Of a stretch of 49,232 nucleotides of DNA, positions 39,093-47,960 are shown piece by piece; position 1 is the first letter of the stretch; every line of letters starts with the position of its first letter. Origin of the DNA: Candidatus Flemingiibacterium sp. (GTDB lineage Bacteria > Bacillota > Clostridia > Oscillospirales > CAG-272). The stretch covers positions 1 to 49,232 of the forward strand of contig JAZQXA010000061.1 in assembly GCA_045632605.1 (NCBI GenBank), in the 5' to 3' direction. Below the pieces are notes generated by a model. The model was not told the origin of the DNA and searched no databases. It saw nothing but the letters and a program-made list of their open reading frames with translations. Made by a program: the position numbers and the translations under genes.

Positions 39093-39707
39093 TTAATTTC
39101 TCGGCTTACTGTATGCTGCGAGTTTTTCATTAACAAGTGCTATTGCAGTTTCGTTATCCTTTTTAAAAACGTCGCTGACTTTATTACCGCTTGGCGATTC
39201 ATCACCTGCGTATATTTCAAATCCGTATTTTTTGTAAATGCTTACCGCAGGATAATACCATGTAGCTGTGACAAGATAAATGAATCCCTCAAATCCAAGC
39301 TCGTTGTAAAGCTCGAGAATGCGGCTCATGAGTGCTTTGGCAATGCCTTTTCCGGTACACTTATCGCTGACGGCAACCCAGTGAACTCTCTGACATTTTT
39401 CACCCAAATACATACCATACCAAAGAGATGCAGTTGCAACATATTCGCCCTCACCATCAATCACGAAAATCATACGCTCCTCCGGTGAGAGGTCATGTCC
39501 GATTATAAATTCTTTTTGAAAGCTTTCGAGCCCCTTTTCGATGCAGTCGAACTGTCCGAGCGAGCATTCAAGCTCTGCCCAATGCTTTTCGTCACCTTTT
39601 TTGTAAAAAGCGAAACGGTAACCGTCCGGCAGGTCATATTTCGGAAATTGCTTTGTATCGGTTTTAAATAAATACAACGGATGGTATGGCAGTGATTTAT
39701 CTATCAT
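39093..39707 (-). CDS. GNAT family N-acetyltransferase
   Basis: HWVAVSDKCTGKGIAKAL, AVSIYKKYGF; ATG 39707 after GGAGG. Confidence 0.85.
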   Translation of the reverse strand: MIDKSLPYHPLYLFKTDTKQFPKYDLPDGYRFAFYKKGDEKHWAELECSLGQFDCIEKGLESFQKEFIIGHDLSPEERMIFVIDGEGEYVATASLWYGMYLGEKCQRVHWVAVSDKCTGKGIAKALMSRILELYNELGFEGFIYLVTATWYYPAVSIYKKYGFEIYAGDESPSGNKVSDVFKKDNETAIALVNEKLAAYSKPRN

Positions 39708-39846
39708 TATTTTGAATCCTCCATTATTTGCGGTAGGAATATTATAACATTTATTTCGGCTGTTGTACATGGAATAATTCTATTATTATATGTGAGTTGG
39801 TTCGATTTGCGCGTTTGACCGCTATCTTCCGAGGCCAGCACCATGT

Positions 39847-39959
39847 TTACAAACGAAATCTGAAAGTATTCTCTATCTCTTTAATTTCTGCATCAAAAAG
39901 ACCTATATCAAAGCGAAGCCCCGGTTTTTTAACCGCTCAATCATCAAATAGTTATCCAT
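39847..39959 (-). pseudogene. Frameshifted, truncated SMI1/KNR4-like gene remnant
   Basis: MDNYLMIERLKNRG then, after a frame change, LRFDIGLFDAEIKEIENTFRFRL-stop; own TGTGGTATAAT and GGAG upstream. Confidence 0.55.
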
Positions 39960-39993
39960 TTTGCTCCGGTTCCTCGCTACATTATACCACAAT

Positions 39994-40076
39994 AATGATT
40001 TTGCGTGCAAGCACGCAAATGAAGTTGTGCCTTGCGGCACAACTGAAAAATCCGAAAGCCATGGCTTTCGGGTTTT
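39994..40076 (-). repeat. Three tandem hairpins (REP-like units plus terminator) directly 3' of tRNA-Gln
   Basis: CCGAAAGCCATGGCTTTCGG palindrome; AGTTGTGCC-GCAA-GGCACAACT; TTTGCGTG-CTTG-CACGCAAA with TCATT linkers. Confidence 0.7.
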
Positions 40077-40153
40077 TGGCAGGGATAGTTGGACTCGAAC
40101 CAACGCGTGCAGGAGTCAAAGTCCTGTGCCTTTACCGACTTGGCTATATCCCT
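40077..40153 (-). tRNA. tRNA-Gln (anticodon UUG)
   Basis: AGGGATA/TATCCCT acceptor, CAGGA-CTTTGAC-TCCTG anticodon arm, GTTGG-TTCGAGT-CCAAC T arm, encoded CCA; upstream TTGACA-17-TATACT. Confidence 0.97.
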
Positions 40154-40292
40154 TGATACCATAATAGTATATCATATCCGATATCGTTTGTCAAGCATTT
40201 ATATGGAAATTATTTGACATTTGCGGTTGACTTTTCATTTGGCATCTGCTATAATGGGTTTAGATTATATTTTATTCTGAAGAGGTGCAATT

Positions 40293-41018
40293 ATGAACAG
40301 AGATATAACAAAAATCATGAGTAAGGTCGTTCTTTCAGATAAAACTGTTAAAATAAAGCTTCTCGGCGATTCAATTACTCACGGAGTCGGCGGAACGGGA
40401 TTTGAACAGAACGGCGAGCCAATTGCCGCAGGATTCTCACGCAATAAGGACGGCTATTGTTGGGCGAAGCTTTTTAAAGAACATATGGAGTCGCAGTTTG
40501 ACTGTACTGTAATCAACAATGCTTGTACGGGAACCAACATCGGATTTATAATCGATCACTTTGATGAGCTTGTTGACAAAGACGATGATATTATCATCTG
40601 TACCATCGGAACAAATAACCGTCATCAGTATTTTGCCGATGCTCCGAAGCGTACAAAGCGTGAGCATATGACCCTTATTTACGGTGATATAATCAAGCTT
40701 TATGAAAAATTCAAAAAGGCAGGCAAGGATGTAATTTTCATGGCTAATATTCCTGCATCGGCAGAAAACGAAAAGGACAAAGACGATTTCTGGCGTTTGA
40801 TTCATATGAACGATATTAACGACCTTTATCTCAAGGCATCAGATGAATGCGGATTTCCGCTCATCAGTATGTATTCGCTCTTTCTCGAATACTGCGGCTT
40901 AAAGGATATAAGTGTCGATTCGCTTCTTGTTGACGGCTTGCATCCGAGCGATAAGGGATACGATGTTATGTATGCCCTTATAATGAAAGCGCTTGGCATT
41001 GGCAGAAAAGTCTATTGA
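40293..41018 (+). CDS. SGNH/GDSL hydrolase
   Basis: LGDSIT, GTNN, DGLHP. Confidence 0.88.
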   Translation: MNRDITKIMSKVVLSDKTVKIKLLGDSITHGVGGTGFEQNGEPIAAGFSRNKDGYCWAKLFKEHMESQFDCTVINNACTGTNIGFIIDHFDELVDKDDDIIICTIGTNNRHQYFADAPKRTKREHMTLIYGDIIKLYEKFKKAGKDVIFMANIPASAENEKDKDDFWRLIHMNDINDLYLKASDECGFPLISMYSLFLEYCGLKDISVDSLLVDGLHPSDKGYDVMYALIMKALGIGRKVY

Positions 41019-41184
41019 TTCAGCAAATAAAGCAAAAAACTCGACAGAGCTGGTCGAAAGCATATATTTGAGCTTTAATTTATGTTGAAAAATGATATTG
41101 AAATTTTATAAAAATAAGTGTATAATATAATTAGTGCAATATGCATTATCACGGGTGAACCGTGAATGAAAGGAGTTTTAAATT

Positions 41185-42360
41185 ATGGATAAAGTCAGAT
41201 TTGGTATTATCGGTTTCGGTAACATGGGTTCGAGCCATGCAAGATACCTCACAGCAGGCGAGGTTAAGGGCGCAGAACTCACCGCAGTTTGCGACATTAA
41301 GCCCTCAAAGCTTGAGTTTGCAAAAGAAAAGTATCCGGATGTAGCACGCTTCGACAATCACATGGACCTTCTCAAGTCGGGGCTTGTTGATGCGGTTATT
41401 ATTTCCACACCTCATTATTTCCATCCTGAAATCGGTATTGATGCATTTAATGCCGGTATTCATGTTCTCTCTGAAAAGCCTGCGGGCGTTTACACAAAGA
41501 GAGTTTATGACCTTATCGAGGTTGCAAAGAAGAGCGGACTCACATACGGTCTTATGTTCAACCAGCGTACCAATCCTATGTACATAAAGATGCGCGAGAT
41601 CGTTCAGAACGGCGAGCTCGGCGAGCTTACTCGCAGCAACTGGATTATCACTGACTGGTATAGAACCCAGTATTATTACGATTCCGGCGACTGGAGAGCA
41701 ACATGGGCAGGCGAAGGCGGCGGCGTTCTTGCTAACCAGTGTCCTCATCAGCTCGACCTCTGGCAGTGGATCTTCGGTATGCCCAAGCGTATCCATGCAT
41801 TCTGCCACGAGGGACGTCATCACGATATCGAGGTTGAAGACGATGTTACCGCATATGCAGAGTATGAAAACGGCGCAACAGGCGTGTTCATTACCTCTAC
41901 CGGCGACACTCCCGGTACAAACCGTTTCGAAGTAAGCGGTACAAAGGGTAAGATGATTGCAGAGGGCAAGACACTCACTCTTTACAAGAACTCCAAGGAT
42001 TCCGCAGAGCTTATCCGCGAGGATACAGAAAGCGGATTTGAAAAGCCCGAGGTTGAAACCATCGTTTACAACTTCGAAGACGAGGGACCCAAGCACAAGG
42101 GCATTACACAGAATTTTACCGACCACATTCTTACCGGTGCTCCTATGATTGCGTCCGGTTATGAGGGAATCAACGGTCTTTCCATTGCTAACGCAATGAT
42201 GCTTTCCTCTTGGAAGAACGATTATGTTGAATGCATCAACGACGGCGAAGAATTCTGGGCAGAGCTTCAGAAGAAGATCGCTAACGCAAAGCCCCGTGTA
42301 AAGAAGGCTGTTGAGGAAAAGATCGCTGACCTTTCCAACACCTACGGCTCAAAAAAATAA
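41185..42360 (+). CDS. Gfo/Idh/MocA family NAD(P)-dependent oxidoreductase
   Basis: GIIGFGNMG, TPHYFH, SEKP, WRATWAGEGGGVLANQCPHQLD. Confidence 0.93.
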   Translation: MDKVRFGIIGFGNMGSSHARYLTAGEVKGAELTAVCDIKPSKLEFAKEKYPDVARFDNHMDLLKSGLVDAVIISTPHYFHPEIGIDAFNAGIHVLSEKPAGVYTKRVYDLIEVAKKSGLTYGLMFNQRTNPMYIKMREIVQNGELGELTRSNWIITDWYRTQYYYDSGDWRATWAGEGGGVLANQCPHQLDLWQWIFGMPKRIHAFCHEGRHHDIEVEDDVTAYAEYENGATGVFITSTGDTPGTNRFEVSGTKGKMIAEGKTLTLYKNSKDSAELIREDTESGFEKPEVETIVYNFEDEGPKHKGITQNFTDHILTGAPMIASGYEGINGLSIANAMMLSSWKNDYVECINDGEEFWAELQKKIANAKPRVKKAVEEKIADLSNTYGSKK

Positions 42361-42370
42361 TCGCTGAATT

Positions 42371-42790
42371 ATGAATACAAAAATTCCAGGAATGGCAATT
42401 GCTCATATCGCGCTTAAAGCGTCTGATTTTGAGCGTTCTGTCAAATTCTACACTGATCTCGGTATGGAGCCCTATCTCTCGTGGGGAGAAGGCGACAAGC
42501 GTGTGCAAATGCTGAAATTCGGCGGCGGTGCAGGTATTCTTGAGCTTTTTGCAGGTGGAATCAAGACTGATTCCGTTTCAGATGCTGATGCCGGAAAATA
42601 CATCCACTTTGCTTATGCGGTCGAAGATGTTGAGGCAGCTTACAATACCGCACTTGCGGCAGGTGCGCTTCCGAAAGTTGCGCCCAAGATTGCGACACCG
42701 GGTACATATCCCGAAGCGATTTCGCTTAATGTTGCATTTGTTTACGGTCCCGACGGTGAAGAACTCGAATTTTTCAAGGAGATTCGCTGA
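42371..42790 (+). CDS. VOC/glyoxalase family protein
   Basis: HIAL, ILELF, HFAY, GPDGEELEF (H/E/H/E metal ligands). Confidence 0.88.
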   Translation: MNTKIPGMAIAHIALKASDFERSVKFYTDLGMEPYLSWGEGDKRVQMLKFGGGAGILELFAGGIKTDSVSDADAGKYIHFAYAVEDVEAAYNTALAAGALPKVAPKIATPGTYPEAISLNVAFVYGPDGEELEFFKEIR

Positions 42791-42791
42791 T

Positions 42792-43085
42792 ATGATAGCT
42801 ACTACTGTTATTGTTCATGTTAAACCCGAATTTGTAGAGGATTTCAAGAAAATCACTCTCTACAATCATGAAAATTCTCGCAAGGAACCGGGGAACGTAA
42901 GATTCGACGTTCTTCAGTCGAACGATGATCCGACATATTTCACACTGTATGAGGTTTTCAAAACGCCCGAGGATGCAAAGGCGCATAAGGAAACTGAACA
43001 CTACAAAAAGTGGCGTGAAACCTGCGAAGAATATATGGCGTGCCCGAGAAAGGGAATTGCCCATACTCCGCTTGCATTTGACTAA
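42792..43085 (+). CDS. ABM-family protein, LsrG-like isomerase
   Basis: NHENSRKEPGNVRFDVLQ...FTLYEVF...HKETEHY closely resembles LsrG; ATG 42792. Confidence 0.82.
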   Translation: MIATTVIVHVKPEFVEDFKKITLYNHENSRKEPGNVRFDVLQSNDDPTYFTLYEVFKTPEDAKAHKETEHYKKWRETCEEYMACPRKGIAHTPLAFD

Positions 43086-43093
43086 AAATCACA

Positions 43094-43130
43094 AAACGGT
43101 ACATCCGATGAAGATGTACCGTTTTTCTTT
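43094..43130 (+). terminator. Terminator of the oxidoreductase-VOC-LsrG-like operon
   Basis: AAAACGGTACATC/GATGTACCGTTTT plus T run. Confidence 0.8.
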
Positions 43131-43226
43131 ATGTAAAATGTAAATATTTATCACAGCGGTTGACTTTCAGAGGTGATTTATAGTATAATATATATGTTAA
43201 AATAAAACTACCGGGAGGTGCATGAT

Positions 43227-44171
43227 ATGATTAACTATTATATCGAACAAAACCATAATATCGAACAGTGTACAGCGCCTCAACCGGGAGGGTGGATTTC
43301 ACTGATTGACCCATCTTATGAGGAAATTCGTGATACTGCGGCTGATTTTGATATTCCGGTTGATGCAGTTAAAGCTGCACTCGACCTTGATGAGCGTTCC
43401 CGTGTCGAATACGATGAAAATTACCGTATGATACTTGTTAATATTCCCACACGCGAAACCGACAGTACGCATGAGCTTTATACTACTATACCGCTTGGCA
43501 TAATTCTGACTGGAGAATATGTTATAACAGTTTGCTCGAAAGATACACATATTCTTCGTGGATTTACAAATGGCACTGAACGCGATTTTCATCCGGGGAA
43601 GCAGTCACGCTTTGTATTTCAGATACTTTACGCGACGGCAAGGCGATTTCTGCTTTATCTGCGACTTATCGAGAAGAAATCGGACAGTACAGAGCTTGAG
43701 TTTGGACGTATGCAAAAAAACAAGGAGCTTCTCGAAATAATGAAGCTTGAAAAATCTCTGGTTTATTTCTCTGTTGGACTCCGCTCAAACGAGGCTGTTC
43801 TTGAAAAGCTTGTCCGCTCTGATTTTATCAAGAAATATGAAGAAGATGCTGAGCTTCTCGAGGATGTAATAGTCGAAAATAAACAGGCAATTGAGATGGC
43901 GAAAATTAATACGGATATTCTTGAAAGTATGTCGAACACATTCTCGTCGGTCATTTCAAACAACCTCAATGTGGCGATGAAGGTTCTTGCAATAATCACG
44001 CTTGTTATGGCGATACCTACGATGATTTTCTCCGCATACGGAATGAATCTTGCAGGGGAATTTATGCCCTTTGCAAACAGTCCGCTCGGTTTCCCGATAA
44101 TCATCGGAATTTCCGCTTTGGCAAGTATTATCACGATGATAATTATTCTGCGAATCAAGCTGTTTAAATAA
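43227..44171 (+). CDS. corA: CorA family Mg2+ transporter
   Basis: LDLDERSR, TIPLGI, SNNLN..MK, YGMN and two C-terminal TM; ATG 43227 after GGAGGTG. Confidence 0.9.
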   Translation: MINYYIEQNHNIEQCTAPQPGGWISLIDPSYEEIRDTAADFDIPVDAVKAALDLDERSRVEYDENYRMILVNIPTRETDSTHELYTTIPLGIILTGEYVITVCSKDTHILRGFTNGTERDFHPGKQSRFVFQILYATARRFLLYLRLIEKKSDSTELEFGRMQKNKELLEIMKLEKSLVYFSVGLRSNEAVLEKLVRSDFIKKYEEDAELLEDVIVENKQAIEMAKINTDILESMSNTFSSVISNNLNVAMKVLAIITLVMAIPTMIFSAYGMNLAGEFMPFANSPLGFPIIIGISALASIITMIIILRIKLFK

Positions 44172-44201
44172 AGAAAAGGGAGTCGATGACTCCCCTGCTT
44201 T

Positions 44202-45203
44202 TTATATTCCGAGCTTTAAAAATTCCTCGGTGAGCTTTTCGGCAATAATTTTATGCCCGTCACGAAGCGGATGAAGCGGTTCAAACGGTACCCAGCCATG
44301 CGAGGAAATATAGTATATGCTATCGCTGTTTTCGCTATTTAACTTCTTAACAAAATCAGGGAGAATGTCATCCATCGCACCACAGAAGGGAGAGAGGACG
44401 ACAATTTTCGATTCGGGATTACGCGAGCGGACTAATTTGAGAAGTCCCTCATATTCCGAGAGATATTCCGGCTTTGGTGTATTTGTACCGGGAATTCGGT
44501 CGTTTGCACCGTGATTGATGAAAATGTAGTCGCACGACGGATATGTTACCGGAGAGTTTTCGAAGTTATACAGATATGCTTCTGCCGCTTTTGGAACATT
44601 GCCGTTTCCGCCGCGTGTAACGCCGACTGAGCCGTAACCCATCGGATAGGGACGTAATCCCATCTTTTCTGCGAAAAGCCATGCATATGTTGATGTAGAA
44701 TCGTCATCCCACGGGCGGTTAAACCGATTATCCTCATATACAATTTCCTCTGCCACGAGAATGCCCTCAGTTATGGAATCGCCGATAAATTCAACGGTTT
44801 TACGGTTATCCGGGGTAAGATTTCCGATTCCTTCTGCTTCAAATCCGACAAATGCCACCTTGCTGTTAAGCGGTAAAGACCAGCGGTTGAGATATTCAAC
44901 GCCGGACTTGAAGATGAGCTTCAGGTTGTGTTCGCCGGCATTTTTCGCGGTAATACGTATATATTTTTCGACAGGTGCTTCTATTCTTGCTCCGCCGTCA
45001 ACCTCGATATAAAGGTGTGCACGCGGAACATCGGAGTGTGAAACATCAAATTCGAGCTGTACAAAGTCGCCGATAAAAGTAAATTCAATCTGCGCACCGG
45101 CGGCAGCGGCAGTCATGGAGGAGGGAAGTCCCTCTTGTTTTATTATACCGAATCTTCCGGTATAGCGGATATTTTCATTATTGTATAAAAAGAACATTTT
45201 CAC
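44202..45203 (-). CDS. SGNH/GDSL esterase, CE2-like with N-terminal beta domain
   Basis: IRYTGR, FIGDSITEG, NHGAND, LHP...GH; start may be ATG 45197. Confidence 0.78.
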   Translation of the reverse strand: MKMFFLYNNENIRYTGRFGIIKQEGLPSSMTAAAAGAQIEFTFIGDFVQLEFDVSHSDVPRAHLYIEVDGGARIEAPVEKYIRITAKNAGEHNLKLIFKSGVEYLNRWSLPLNSKVAFVGFEAEGIGNLTPDNRKTVEFIGDSITEGILVAEEIVYEDNRFNRPWDDDSTSTYAWLFAEKMGLRPYPMGYGSVGVTRGGNGNVPKAAEAYLYNFENSPVTYPSCDYIFINHGANDRIPGTNTPKPEYLSEYEGLLKLVRSRNPESKIVVLSPFCGAMDDILPDFVKKLNSENSDSIYYISSHGWVPFEPLHPLRDGHKIIAEKLTEEFLKLGI

Positions 45204-45208
45204 CTACC

Positions 45209-45499
45209 TCAAAATTCAAAATCAACAGATACGCTTGAAGCTGTAACTGCGTGCATATGCTTTTTAACAACACTGCAATGATATTCGTCATTAGCATATT
45301 CTGTGAGTGCATCACGGTTATCGACGGTTACAGCGAGATAAACGTCATATGAACGATTGGAGTGCAGTACGTCGATTCCGACCTCGATATCGCGTATAGT
45401 CGGGACTTTTCCGACCATCGACAAGAGCACTTCCTTACAGCGAAGGCAAGCTTCCTCAGACGGTTCGGCAAGCTTGAAGCAGACAATATGTTTTATCAT
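45209..45499 (-). CDS. Dabb family (stress-responsive A/B barrel) protein
   Basis: MIKHIVCFKL, EVGID, RSYD, Y...H, VDF. Confidence 0.88.
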   Translation of the reverse strand: MIKHIVCFKLAEPSEEACLRCKEVLLSMVGKVPTIRDIEVGIDVLHSNRSYDVYLAVTVDNRDALTEYANDEYHCSVVKKHMHAVTASSVSVDFEF

Positions 45500-45654
45500 A
45501 ATAAATTCCTCTCTAAATATAAAATTTATACTGTAATTATATCATCAATAGGTTAAAAAATCAAGTATTTACTCAAAAAATCCGTTTAGTCTATTGACAA
45601 AAATGCAAAAAGATGGTATCATATATTCATAATAATTTTGGAAAGGATATTATC

Positions 45655-45957
45655 ATGGCAGACGATATTTTTGAAACAGAAGATATATATACACTTACTG
45701 ATGAGGATGGCGTTGAAATGCAGTTTAAGCTGCTTGCAAGTGCGGAAATCGAGGGTGTTGAATATCTTGCGCTTATCCCCGAAGCCGAAAACGAGGCTGA
45801 AGAATATGTAATCCTCAAGCGTGAGCAGGACGAAAACGGCGAAGATATTCTTGTTACCATTGACGACGATGACGAGTTCGACCGTATTGCTGACCTTTTT
45901 GAGGACGAGCTTTTCGGCGAAATTGATTACGACGCTGAACCCGGTTCTGACAAATAA
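45655..45957 (+). CDS. DUF1292 domain acidic protein
   Basis: YTLTDEDG.E..F, EYLAL.P, LVTIDDDDEFDRIA; ATG 45655 after GAAAGGA. Confidence 0.85.
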   Translation: MADDIFETEDIYTLTDEDGVEMQFKLLASAEIEGVEYLALIPEAENEAEEYVILKREQDENGEDILVTIDDDDEFDRIADLFEDELFGEIDYDAEPGSDK

Positions 45958-46021
45958 TATTTTGGAATTCCATCTTACGGTGGGATTCCTATTTTTATAT
46001 AAGATTTTTTTATAAAAACTC

Positions 46022-46050
46022 TTGTATTTTGTCAGGATGTGTGATATACT
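46022..46050 (+). promoter_or_regulatory. sigma-A promoter of the 6S-like RNA (and probably rlmD)
   Basis: TTGTAT-17 nt-TATACT with extended TG. Confidence 0.7.
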
Positions 46051-46056
46051 ATATAC

Positions 46057-46318
46057 AGAAACAAAGCATTACTGCACGGCAAAACTTCCTGCTTGGTGCG
46101 TGATGATACGAGTATATAAACCCACAAAGAAATAAATGGAGTCCGGGCTTCACCTGATGGGAATGCAGACCTCCCGACCGTTCCTGATCTGTGAGATGTT
46201 TACATCTCTGCACGAACGACTCGGATGTTGGGAGCACAAAACAGGTGAGAGGACACCAGCCTTGCATGAGCAGGGTTTTCTTATCTCGTATCCACACGGC
46301 TCGGCGGGTTTTTGTTTA
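46057..46318 (+). ncRNA. ssrS: 6S RNA (extended rod)
   Basis: Nested pairings GATACGAG/CTCGTATC, AAACCC/GGGTTT, A-rich central bubble, GGAGTCC/GGACACC, TCACCTG/CAGGTGA, CTCCCGAC/GTTGGGAG, CGTTC/GAACG, GAGATG/CATCTC; ends approximate. Confidence 0.75.
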
Positions 46319-46343
46319 TATAAAACTCTGTTTTGGAGGCACT

Positions 46344-47765
46344 ATGAAGCTCAAAAATACTGCAAAAAAGAATGATATAACAGAGATTACAATTACTGAT
46401 ATAAACAACCTCGGATGCGGAGTTGGCAGAGTAAACGGCGTTGTCACCTTTGTTTCCGGTGCTTGCACGGGTGATGAGCTTGTCATTCGTCTTATCAAGG
46501 TGACATCCGATTACAATGTCGGTAAAATTGAGAAGATAATAAAGTCCTCGCCATATCGTGTTGATCCGGGATGCACGGCGGCAAAACGCTGCGGCGGATG
46601 TGTTTACCGCTATATTACATACGATCATGAGCTTGAATTAAAGCGAAACCGAGTGATTACCGCAATGAAAAAAGCAGGATTATCGCTTGATGTTGGTGAC
46701 GTGCTTCACACGGGTATACTCGACGGCTACCGCAACAAGGCACAGTATCCGATTGGTACGGTTAAGCTTGGAAAAGTGAAGAACACTACAGCACGCACGG
46801 CTATTGGTTTTTACGCTGAAAAGTCGCATGAAATAATCCCCTGTGTTTCGGAGGACGGTTCGTGCAGATTACAACCTGAAATATTCGGCGAGATTGCAGA
46901 TTTTGTCCGTGTTTGGATGGATGAAAATAAACTATCAGCATACGATGAGCTGAACGGACACGGCATTATGCGGCATCTCTATCTTCGCCGTTCTGAATCG
47001 ACGGGCGAGGTTATGATTTGCTTTGTGGCTACAAAAAATGATTCGAAAATTTCCGCGCTTGCAAGGGCCGTTTTCGATAAATTCCAAAATGCGGCAAGCG
47101 TTTGGATAAATATAAATTCGAGAAACACGAATGTTGTGCTCGGTAACGAATGGCATCTTGTTTACGGCAAGGAAAGGCTCACTGACAAACTTTGCGGACG
47201 TACTTTTGAAATATCACCGCAGTCATTCTGGCAGGTCAACCGAAAAGCGGCAGAAATGCTTTATAATAAGGCGGCAGAGCTTGCAGAGATAAAATGCGGT
47301 GATCGAGTGCTTGACTTGTTCTGCGGAATAGGTTCGGTCGGTATGTCGGTGACGTCGCCTGATGCAAAGCTTTACGGAATCGAAATTGTTCCCGAGGCGG
47401 TTGAAAACGCAAAGAGAAATGCCGAAATAAACGGTTTTACAAAAGCGGAATTTGTTTGTGCTGATGCGGCTGACCCGAATGATTTCAACAAGCACCTTGA
47501 AAGAATTGCTGCGGACGGGCTTGATGTGGTGATACTAGACCCACCGCGAAAAGGTTGCTCGCCGGAGCTGCTTGCGAAATTGTCCGAGCTTGCGCCGAAG
47601 AGGATTGTTTACATCTCATGCAATCCCGACACGCTTGCGAGAGATATTGCGCTTCTCGGCGGAAGTTACCAATGTGATGAGGTTACGCCCGTTGATATGT
47701 TCCCACGCACAGGGCATGTGGAGTGCTGTGTGCTACTATGTCGCACAAGCGCTCCATCGATATAA
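46344..47765 (+). CDS. rlmD: 23S rRNA (uracil-5)-methyltransferase RlmD/RumA
   Basis: TRAM domain, C...RCGGC, YRNKA, SFWQVN, DLFCGIG, LDPPRKG, YISCNP, VDMFPRTGHVE; ATG 46344 after GGAGG. Confidence 0.96.
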   Translation: MKLKNTAKKNDITEITITDINNLGCGVGRVNGVVTFVSGACTGDELVIRLIKVTSDYNVGKIEKIIKSSPYRVDPGCTAAKRCGGCVYRYITYDHELELKRNRVITAMKKAGLSLDVGDVLHTGILDGYRNKAQYPIGTVKLGKVKNTTARTAIGFYAEKSHEIIPCVSEDGSCRLQPEIFGEIADFVRVWMDENKLSAYDELNGHGIMRHLYLRRSESTGEVMICFVATKNDSKISALARAVFDKFQNAASVWININSRNTNVVLGNEWHLVYGKERLTDKLCGRTFEISPQSFWQVNRKAAEMLYNKAAELAEIKCGDRVLDLFCGIGSVGMSVTSPDAKLYGIEIVPEAVENAKRNAEINGFTKAEFVCADAADPNDFNKHLERIAADGLDVVILDPPRKGCSPELLAKLSELAPKRIVYISCNPDTLARDIALLGGSYQCDEVTPVDMFPRTGHVECCVLLCRTSAPSI

Positions 47766-47952
47766 ATCTCTCGCGATATTTTTCGATATATTCCGTCGGA
47801 ACTCGATATACCTGGCGACTCGATATGTTGCCTTATGGCAACGAGATTTACCGTGTCCACAGCCGGGGTATATCATATCGAAACAGAGCATAGCGAGGTT
47901 ATATCGAATTATGCGAAGCAGAATATATCGAACACGCAAAGCATTGTATCGC
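47757..47952. repeat. CGATAT / ATATCG convergent short-repeat array with hairpin spacers
   Basis: CGATAT at 47758, 47774, 47784, 47804, 47821; ATATCG at 47875, 47901, 47925 and GTATCG at 47946. Confidence 0.85.
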
Positions 47953-47960
47953 AAGAATAG

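Noticed and set aside
39797-40164. Four small ORFs across the tRNA region
   Set aside because: They overlap tRNA-Gln and its hairpins
43131-43226. M-box riboswitch before corA
   Set aside because: No room between promoter and SD
46049-46375. Short ORFs and the 51-aa N-terminal extension of rlmD
   Set aside because: They overlap the 6S-like RNA; the SD-supported start is 46344
47757-47952. Possible CRISPR array
   Set aside because: Repeats are only 6-8 bp, spacing is irregular, orientation flips, and no cas genes are present
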